From: Thecamonas trahens ATCC 50062
Lineage: Eukaryota > Protista > Apusomonadida
Length of the DNA: 64,000 nt
Reading direction: 5' to 3'
NCBI RefSeq assembly: GCF_000142905.1
Contig: NW_013657647.1
Location: 303,828 to 367,827, forward strand
The notes beneath the pieces are model-generated. The model worked only from the letters and a program-made list of their open reading frames with translations. It was not told where the DNA came from and made no database searches. The position numbers and the translations under genes were made by a program. Shown here piece after piece: positions 55,817-64,000 of this stretch; within the stretch, counting starts at the first letter, position 1, and each line of letters begins with the position of its first letter.

Positions 55817-56776
55817 CTACGGGCTTGAGGAGGTGGCTGATGAAGAGGCTGAGGGCGAGTCGGGCTCAAAGTCGGGCTCGTAGGCCGGATCAGAGCCGGT
55901 GAGGACGGCCGATTGGAAGGCCGAGTACGAGGCAAGGCGGGCTTCGAGATCCAAGGCTGTAGCGGGAGAAGCGGTCGCGGCAGCAGCGGTGGGTGATGGG
56001 GCGGAACGCTCCGGTGAGGGCGAGGGCGGGGCGCGGTTGATGGCGCATGATGTGTTCTCGGGATCGGCGAGTGCGGTGGTGTAGGAGAGTGACTGGGCGT
56101 GGAGGGCGGCGGTATTTGCGCGCGACATAAGGAGGGCGGCCTCGTTCTTGTAGTGCTCGAGAGCGGCCTTTGCCTTGCGAATCTTGCGGCGGGCGTCGGC
56201 CTTGTCGGCCATGGCGGAGCGTGGCTCCGAGTCTGCCGCCACCGATGCCTTGGCGGCGGCAGCAGCAGCGGCGGCGCGCTCCTTGCGGACCTGGGCGGCA
56301 GAGGCCTCCTGGACGCGGTCGATCTCGGCAAGGGCGGCAGTGGCCTCGAGCTGGGCACGCGTGACAACAAGGTCGTAGTCTCTGCGGAGCTTGGCGTATG
56401 CCGCCTGAGCCGCCTCCAGCTCGGCCTCGAGCGAGCGGATGCGGAGCCTGTAGGGCGTCTCGAGCTCGTCGGCGAGGCGGATGCGGAGAAGATCAAGCTC
56501 ATGCGGCGAGAGGACCTGGGCAGCAAGAGCCTCAAACTCTGTGCCCTTGGCCTCGAGCTCGGCACGGAGGCGCGAGAAGGCGGCCTGCGAGGCCAGCTCT
56601 GTCTCAAGGCCGGCGGCCTTGGCCTCGCCCAGCGCAGCGGTCAGCTTGTCGTTGGCCTCGGCGAGAGCCTCATGGGCAGCTTGCAGGTCAGCAAAGTTCC
56701 GTCGATACTCGGCATTCTCCTCGCGCAGTCGGGCGACCACAGAAATGGTCTGCTGTAGTGTGGACGCGTCGTCCAT
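55817..56776 (-). CDS. CEP83: CEP83/CCDC41-like centriole distal-appendage coiled-coil protein (short, 319 aa)
   Basis: YRRNFADLQAAH and QVLSPHELDLLRIRLADELETPYRLRIRSLEAELE..YAKLRRD resemble the conserved CEP83 N-terminal block. Confidence 0.7.
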   Translation of the reverse strand: MDDASTLQQTISVVARLREENAEYRRNFADLQAAHEALAEANDKLTAALGEAKAAGLETELASQAAFSRLRAELEAKGTEFEALAAQVLSPHELDLLRIRLADELETPYRLRIRSLEAELEAAQAAYAKLRRDYDLVVTRAQLEATAALAEIDRVQEASAAQVRKERAAAAAAAAKASVAADSEPRSAMADKADARRKIRKAKAALEHYKNEAALLMSRANTAALHAQSLSYTTALADPENTSCAINRAPPSPSPERSAPSPTAAAATASPATALDLEARLASYSAFQSAVLTGSDPAYEPDFEPDSPSASSSATSSSP

Positions 56777-57122
56777 GGTCCGGTGGAAGGAGGAGGGTGG
56801 GGGGTGGGGGGGGTGGGAGGCGTGGGTGAGGTGGAGTGGCGGTGGCGCGAAAACGGTGGTCACGAGAGAGGGGACGGGGGAATGTACGATTTGCGTGTGC
56901 GCAGAAAAGTTGGCTGGCAAGGAACAGGCTTTTGGGGTGGGGTGGACTGGCGGGCGAAATGTTGCGCAGACGCAGAATGGTGGCATCTGTGCCGCATACT
57001 CGTCGATCAACGACGGGCTCAGGGGAGGCGTGGAGGGGGCGGGGGTAGCTGGACGAGAACGAGGACGACGAGGACGACGAGGACGACGGCTGGTGTTGTG
57101 GAAGGTTGCTAGAGGGCCCGCC

Positions 57123-60100
57123 ATGGCGAGCCGTAGTCGCCAGCAAGAGCCGGCAAGGAAAGGGCCGAGCCCGAGTCGGAGCCGGGCCTCGAGACCGAGT
57201 CGTCGTCGTCGGGCGCCAAGGACGGGCGATGGCGATGGCGGCAGGAGAGTGGCAGCGAGTCCATACGACACGGGAGATTACGAGGTGAGGTGGGGCGGGG
57301 CTGAGGTCAATGGCAAGAGCAAGAGCAAGAGCAAGAGCAAGAGCAAGGGAAGGAGCCGGAAGTCGCGAGGTGATGATGGTCGGCGAGGCGGCGGAGAGCT
57401 CGCCGGCCCGCTGTTTGTAGCCGAAGTGACCGAGGCGTTCCGGGCCAAGGTGGCACGGCTGAAGGCGAAGCAGGCGAAGCAGGTGGCAGCGATGCGTGAG
57501 GTCTCGCTCGCAGCGTACCAGCGACTGCACGCGCGGTACAAGGCGAAGCAGGAGAAGATCCGCGCCGATGCCGAGCGCAACGGTGCAGTCTCACAAGCAT
57601 CCAAGGCCAAGATGGCCAAGATGCGGGCGCAGCGCGATGAGGCGCGGGAGGCAGGTGCGGCGCGAAAGAAGGCGCTGGCCAAGGCCGAGCGCGAGACCAA
57701 GCGCGAGCGGATGGCGCGAAAAGAGGCCGAGGGCAGGCTGGAGTCGGCGCTGGCGGCCCGCGACGCCTACCGCCACGAGGTCGCGGCTGTCTCGGAGCAG
57801 CTGGAGAGTGCCAAGGCTGAGTTTGACGCTCAGCTTCGACACCTGGCGTCGGGAGCGTCGTCCGATGCCACCCTGGCCGCTCGCGAGATGCAGCGGATGC
57901 GCGAGGCGCACGAAAGGCAGATCGCGCAATGGCGCGAGCGGCTGCGGCTCAAGGACGCTGAGAATGAGTCGGACAAGCTCGTAGCAGGTATGGCTGAGAT
58001 GCGGAGCTCGTACGAGGCTGAGCTAGCGGCCGTCACCGCCCAGCTGGAGGCCGCCAACGAGAGCGTGGCGCGGCTCGAGCTTGACGTCGCCCGCGCCCAC
58101 GAGGCGCTCGCCGAAGCGCGTGCCGCCAGCGACGCCCATCTGCGGCAGGCCGCACAGATTGCCGGCGCCGAGTCGAAGCTCGCGCGATACCGCGAGGTTG
58201 TGGTGCGGCTCCTCGCTGAGCCCGGGATGAGCGTGAGCGAGGCCGAGGTCGGCGAGTGGATGGCCGGCGCCGAGATCCCGCCGCCACCGCCGCCACCGCC
58301 TGTAGGGCAGGTTGTGGTGAGGGTGGAGGAGAGGGCTGTGGTGGAGAATGCCAAGATGGAGGCTAAGGTGGAGGTGGATGCTGAGGCCGAGGCGAAGGCT
58401 GAGGCTGAGGCTGAAGCGAAGGCGAGAGTCGAGGCTGAAGCAAAGTCTGAGGCTGAAGCAAAGGCAAAGGCAGATGCTAAGGCAAAGGTCGAGGCTGAAG
58501 CGAAGGCTGAGGCTGAAGCGAAGGCGAAGGCGAAGGCTGAGGCTGAAGCAAAGGCGAAGGCTGAAGCGAAGGCGATGGCCGAGGCTGAAGCAAAGGCTGA
58601 GGCTGAAGCAAAGGCGAAGGCTGAGGCTGAGGCTGAAGCAAAGGCTGAGGCTGAAGCAAAGGCGAAGGCCGAGGCTGAGGCTGAAGCAAAGGCGAAGGCT
58701 GAAGCAAAGTCTGAGGCTGAAGCAAAGGCAAAGGCAGATGCTAAGGCAAAGGTCGAGGCTGAAGCGAAGGCGAAGGCTGAGGCTGAAGCGAAGGCGAAGG
58801 CGGAGGCTGAGGCTGAAGCGAAGGCGAGGGTCGAGGCTGAAGCAAAGTCTGAGGCTGAAGCAAAGGCAAAGGCAGATGCAAAGGCGATGGCCGAGGCTGA
58901 AGCGAAGGCGAAGGCTGAAGCGAAGGCCGAGGCTGAAGCAAAGGCGATGGCCGAGGCGAAGGCGAAGGCTGAAGCGAAGGCGAAGGCTGAAGCGAAGGCG
59001 AAGGCTGAAGCGAAGGCGATGGCCGAGGCTGAAGCAAAGGCGAAGGCTGAGGCTGAAGCAAAGGCGAAGGCTGAGGCTGAGGCTGAAGCAAAGGCGAAGG
59101 CCGAGGCTGAGGCTGAAGCAAAGGCGAAGGCCGAGGCAAAGGCAAAGGCTGAAGCAAAGGCGGAGGCCGAAACTGAGACAGAGGCCGAGGCTGAAGCAAA
59201 GGCTGAAGCAAAGGCGGAGGCCGAAGCTGAGACAGAGGCCGAGTCCGATGCACCACAATCGCTGTTTGGTGCAAGTGTGGCCCGCAAGCGCCCACAAGCG
59301 CCGCCGCCTTCTTCTGATCCGGGCCGCTGCTCGGCGGACGGATGTGACTGCAGCGAGTTCACGTCCTCACCGTTTGGCTTCAAGAAATCGCAGTGCGTCA
59401 CATGTTTCCACACCAAGGACGACCACTGCGGGTCATCGCCTGCAACTGACGCTGCTCCAGCACCCGCAACTGCGGCTGCAAAGGCAGATCCCGAGCCCGC
59501 ATCCGAGCCTGGGCCCGAGCCTGAACCCAAGTCTGCTTCTCCCACAGAGACATCCGCAGACGCCGACGTGGCCGCGCTACTGGCCGGTCTCGAGGACGAC
59601 GACGATGACGACGATGATGGCGGTGACGACGGCGGCGCCGATCTCGCGGCTCTGCTGGCTGCTTCCGCTGGTGATGACGAGCCTGAAGCGAAACCCGCCC
59701 CCGCACCGAAGACCAAGCCTCCGCCACCACCAGGCCCGCCGCCGCCTGAGCCTGCTTCTCCCGCAGAAGCATCCGCAGACGCCGACGTGGCCGCGCTACT
59801 GGCCGGTCTCGAGGACGACGACGATGACGACGATGATGGCGGTGACGACGGCGGCGCCGATCTCGCGGCTCTGCTGGCTGCTTCCGCTGGTGATGACGAG
59901 CCTGAAGCGAAACCCAAGCCGCCACCGCCGCCTGGCCCTCCACCGCCGGTGCGGGCCCCGGCGCGGGTGATGATGGCAGTGACAATGACGGCGGCGACGA
60001 CCTTGCTGCTCTGCTGGCTGCCGCTGGTGATGATAAGCGCGAGGCGAAACCCAAGCCGCCGCCGCCGCCCGGCCCTCCGCCGCCAGAGCTGAAAGCCGCG

Positions 60101-60466
60101 GAAACGACTGGGGACGACAATATTGCGGCGCTCCTCGACGGTCTGGAGAACGACGATGACGATGATGACGATGGTGGTGACGATCTTGCAGCTCTCCTCG
60201 CTGCCGCTGGTGGCGACGACAATGATGACGATGACGATGGTGGTGACGATCTTGCTGCTCTCCTCGCTGCCGCTGGTAGCGACAACGACGACGACGGTGA
60301 CGATGACGACATGGCTGCCCTCCTTGCCGGCCTCGAAGACGACGCCGACGACAACGACGACGCCCATGATCTCGCCGCTCTCCTCACTGCCGCAGAGGGC
60401 AGCACGTCTGCCATCGATCCCATCGCTGCTGGCGATTCCCTTCTCGCCGAGCTTGACGACTGGTAG
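57123..60466 (+). CDS. Coiled-coil / AEAK-repeat / Zn-finger / polyproline / acidic LD-like repeat protein ending ELDDW; -1 frameshift near 59948
   Basis: ORF 56481 frame from MASRSR; the DDLAALLAA repeats continue in the -1 frame to TAG 60466. Confidence 0.75.
58383..59243 (+). repeat. Coding low-complexity repeat (A-E/K-A-E/K)n, ~285 aa
   Basis: GAGGCTGAAGCAAAGGC-type units. Confidence 0.95.
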
Positions 60467-60628
60467 TCGAGAGAATACACACAGATGAAATCCGACTGCG
60501 GCGTCAGCCGCCCCGCCCCCCTAGCGCCGAGCACCAACTGGTTCGTGTCAGTCGCGTCAAACTCTGCTCGCGGGTCGTCACAGCCGAAGGGCATTCATTG
60601 GCAAGGGCAAGGACGTCACGAGCCAACC

Positions 60629-60743
60629 ATGGCGCGCCGCAAGCGCAAACGCTCAGACAAGTCACAACTCGAGGCTCCATCTGGCGCCAACAAGCTGCCC
60701 CATGCCGGTGGCCCGGGTCGGGGTCGCGGTCGGGGTCGCGGTG

Positions 60744-60786
<43 letters not shown>

Positions 60787-61738
60787 CGGACGCGGACGCG
60801 GTCGGGGTCGGGGTCAGAGTCAGAGCAAAGCTGGCTCGAGCTCTGTCGCAGGACCAAGCGTATCAAAGTCCGAGAAGGGCAAGTCGGATGTCGAGAACTC
60901 GACAGATGGTAGCCATGGCGATGGCAACGAGGGCAATCGGATGGTCGGCAGTGATCGGCTTGCTGCGGCTGACAGAGATGGCCGTGGTGTGGAGCACTTG
61001 GTGTGCTCAATGTGCGAGGTGAAGGCGTGCGCGGATGATATCGCTGAGCACTCGCGTTGGGTCCACTCTGGCGAGAAGCGGATCACCAAGGCCGAGATCA
61101 ACCAGCTGCCGCTGTTCAGCATGCGCGAGGCACGAGGCTCCATCGTGGTCATCGAGACCGTGGCCCAGATGCGTGCAGCGTGTGCAAGCATGGCCAAGGC
61201 TGTTGCGAGCGGTTCGCTTACCGCTGTTGGCTTTGATACCGAGTGGCGGCCCAACTTTCGCAAGGGCGCCAAGCCGAACCCAGTGGCACTCGTCCAGATC
61301 ACCCGCGACGACTACGCTCTCACGTATCTGTTCCCTGTTGGCCGGTTGCGGACGCTCGGGCCGCTCATCCCGCTCTTTGAGGAACCGCGCCTCACCAAGT
61401 ACGCCGTCGGTGTCGCCTCGGATCTGCACAAGCTCCGCCAGCAGGCCCAGTTTACTCCAGCCGGCTTTGTCGACATCTCGACCATGGCCAGTGACGTCGG
61501 TTTTACCTCGGTTTCGCTCCGCGGCCTCGTTGCCCTCATCTTTGGCCTTCGCATTGGCAAGGGCGCGCAGATGTCCAACTGGGCGGCATGGCCGCTCAAG
61601 GCCAAGCAGATCTCCTACGCCGCCGCCGACTCGTTCTGCTCGCTCCATCTGGGCCGTTTCTTTGACCGCTCCTGCCTCTATCGCAGCTCCCTCTACGAAG
61701 CCAGCCACTTTGATCTCCCCGAATCGTCCTTTCCCTAA
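60629..61738 (+). CDS. DnaQ/DEDDy 3'-5' exonuclease (WRN/EXD2-like) with RG repeat and C2H2-like finger
   Basis: VGFDTEWRP, PVALVQI, SDL, GFVDI, SLRGL, SNW..PL..QISYAAAD; (GR)n; CSMC..H...VH. Confidence 0.88.
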
Positions 61739-61987
61739 CCTCGCCTCGCCTCGCCTCGCGCCCTCCTGCACCCGTTCATGTGAGGATAGCCTCATCACCG
61801 CTCGGGCACAATCATATACTCTCTCGTACAAACAATGGTACGCTTGCTTCAAAATCTTAGTGCCCTTGTTCCGTCGTTCGCTCATCGCTCAATCAATCGT
61901 TCCTCCGTTTGTTGCCGTCTTCAATTATTTGCGCACTTTGCATAATCGTCAAACGAGTCGTGAAGCAACAGCTCTCTGACCAACACA

Positions 61988-62843
61988 ATGGTACGATACC
62001 ACGACGAGGGACCAGGGCACGAAGCCCTTCCCCCCTCCCTTCCCCCCTCCCTCCCCGGCCGCCTACCACGTACACACACACACACACACACTGTCCCCCA
62101 CCAGTATCCCCCCTCTGTACCCTTCGTCAAGCTGTTCCAGCTGTGGCTTGGGTTGCGGTGGGTGTGATGAGCGAGGTCGGGCGGTGGTGGTCTGATGGGA
62201 GAGCATTGCCAGGGTACCAATCCCACCCTTAGCCATACGAGGACTACTTCCACCACCCTACGGACACACTCTGTCTACGCCATACCTATACCCTTGCTCT
62301 TAGTCCCTCCCTTGCTCTCGCTCCTTCCTCCATCCCCTTGAACTTGCCTCCCTCTACCAACCACACCCCCTCCCCGCCCACGTATTTTTACTCTTTGGTT
62401 TTGTATGACTTTGTCCCCCCACACCCACACCCACACCCACACCCACCTCCGCCAAGTCATACACACACTCCCTCCCCCCCCCCCTCCCCTCCCCCTTCAT
62501 ACCAATACTCCCTCCTCCGTCCACTCACTCTCTCTCTCCTCTTGAATCCGCGCCTCGCTTGTCCCCCTCCCCTCCTCGAACAACAACTCGGTCGCTCTCG
62601 TGTCATCGACCCTCCCGTCCGCCCTCTCTCCCCCCTTCTCCCTCTGACTTGTGTCTGTGTTTATGTTTGTATGGTTGTTACCTGGTGTAGGCTGCCCACA
62701 AGCGTCTTAAGACCAAGAAGATCCTCGCCAAGAAGGCCCGGCAGAACCGCCCGCTCCCGCAGTGGATCCGCCTCCGGACCGGCAACAAGATCCGGTACAA
62801 CGCCAAGCGCCGCCACTGGCGCCGCACCAAGCTCAACATCTAA
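61988..62843 (+). CDS. RPL39: 60S ribosomal protein L39, join(61988..61990,62691..62843)
   Basis: [50 protein letters not shown] after a TAG acceptor. ATG|GTACGA micro-exon (alternative ATG|GTACGC at 61835). Absent from the ORF track. Confidence 0.95.
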
Positions 62844-63161
62844 GTCAGCTCATGGAGTGTCCTAGATAAACAGAGCGTGCTGCCATATCCCTTGCCTCTC
62901 TAGCCTCCCCTCCCCCTACTCTCCGTCGCGGTTGTCCCTTGTCATGCTCCCACCACCGCCGTGCTGATGACCAGTCGCCCGCATCGACCCCCGATAGCGA
63001 TCATGGCATGAGTCTGAAGCCGACATCATTAGCGGCCCTGCCAGCTGGATGCGCTCTGCCAGTCCCGATGTCTCCGATGTGCGGACTCTGTCACCGCAAA
63101 TGAGCCACTGCAGCAGCAGTGGCAACAGAAGACACACACGTGACTCGCACGCAGCTGCGCC

Positions 63162-64000
63162 ATGCTCTTGCACCTTAGCTCTGCGGCGGGGACGACCATG
63201 GCTGTATTCATGATCATTGCAGCACTCGGAGTGGTGAGTGCAACCACAAGCATGGGTCAAGCCCAACTCGTACCGCCGCCAGATGATCTGCTCGCTGCTG
63301 TTGCCCATGACCAACCTCTGTGGAGCCGTGAGCGTGTCCACTCTTTTGCGGAAATTATGATTAATCGCAAAGTCCTCGATGTCGAGTACGCGGAGGAGGC
63401 TGATATGCCAAAGATGGAGTTCGAGAGTGTCAACTGTCCACGGTTGACTCAGCGCTCACCGCCGGATCATGTTGGCGTGGTCAAGCCGGTGGACATTGCT
63501 GCTATGGGCGCCATCGGCGACTCGTTCACCACGGCCTCCAACGCGCTCTCGACCTCGTGGTTCGATCTCAACTGGTTTCCCGGCGTGGCATGGTCGATGG
63601 GTGCCGACGAGGGCGTTATTTCGGCATACAACATCATGAAGGCGATCGGAAGGCCGGATGTGGTGGGCGGCTCGGTCGGTGTCGGCGACGTCGGCGCCAA
63701 CATGCACTGCAACCAGGCCGTGGCCGGCTCGCACGTCCAGGCCCTCATCAACCAGACCTACGCCCTCATCGACGCCTTCAAGGCCGAGCTCAATGAGACT
63801 GGATACGCGACCGAGTGGAAGACAGTCTCTGTCTACATCGGCGGCAACAACCTATGCGATTACTGCCGCAAGCCCGGCCCCAACACGCCCGAGGTCTACG
63901 AGCTCAATCTGCGCGCCGCCTTTGACGTCCTCGCCACCATTCCACGGGTCATTGTCTCGGTTGTACCCATTGTGGACGGCACACAGATGTGCCCGCTGAT
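63162..64000 (+). CDS. Secreted phospholipase B1-like SGNH/GDSL lipase, 3' truncated by the window end
   Basis: Signal-like N-terminus; VKPVDIAAMGAIGDSFTTA, WSMGAD, NQAVAGS, EWKTVSVYIGGNNLC, IPRVIV. Not in the ORF track because the ORF runs off the window. Confidence 0.88.
   Translation, partial: MLLHLSSAAGTTMAVFMIIAALGVVSATTSMGQAQLVPPPDDLLAAVAHDQPLWSRERVHSFAEIMINRKVLDVEYAEEADMPKMEFESVNCPRLTQRSPPDHVGVVKPVDIAAMGAIGDSFTTASNALSTSWFDLNWFPGVAWSMGADEGVISAYNIMKAIGRPDVVGGSVGVGDVGANMHCNQAVAGSHVQALINQTYALIDAFKAELNETGYATEWKTVSVYIGGNNLCDYCRKPGPNTPEVYELNLRAAFDVLATIPRVIVSVVPIVDGTQMCPL

Noticed and set aside
58383-59243. Bacterial TolA gene or contamination
   Set aside because: Similarity is compositional only; flanking domains and neighbouring genes are eukaryotic.
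1-64000. tRNA, rRNA, transposase or viral genes
   Set aside because: None recognised by eye; small ncRNAs such as intronic snoRNAs cannot be excluded without a covariance-model search.

Overview
GC-rich, gene-dense eukaryotic nuclear DNA from a draft assembly with two N gaps and short GT-AG introns (donors mostly GTAYG/GTAAG). Gene content (CEP83, AGBL5, vinculin family, SLC12, ERG2) and sequence style suggest a flagellate protist such as the apusozoan Thecamonas trahens; this is inference, not a database match. About 28 protein-coding genes can be reconstructed, including AGBL5/CCP5, an Rpp21/Snm1-family protein, an OSR1/SPAK-like kinase, a CRT-like transporter, KRTCAP2, an SLC12 cotransporter, metaxin, a hydroxylysine kinase-like protein, a KDM5-like demethylase, ERG2, PSMA4, DGAT1, a globin, CEP83-like, a DEDDy exonuclease, RPL39 and phospholipase B. 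Several are split by introns or single-base frameshifts that the ORF track hides. The most interesting signal is a set of unusual cytoskeleton/adhesion-type proteins: a ~2090-aa vinculin with a greatly expanded helical-bundle rod; a tandem F-BAR + SH3-like protein with about nine paxillin-LD4-like motifs; a coiled-coil/AEAK-rod/Zn-finger/polyproline protein with LD-like repeats and an acidic DDW tail; and an SPX-like/FELSESD-repeat/filamin protein. Also notable are about nine mostly -1 frameshifts (probably homopolymer errors) and ApT-rich minisatellites sitting in promoter regions. All family calls come from motif recognition by eye; no searches were run.
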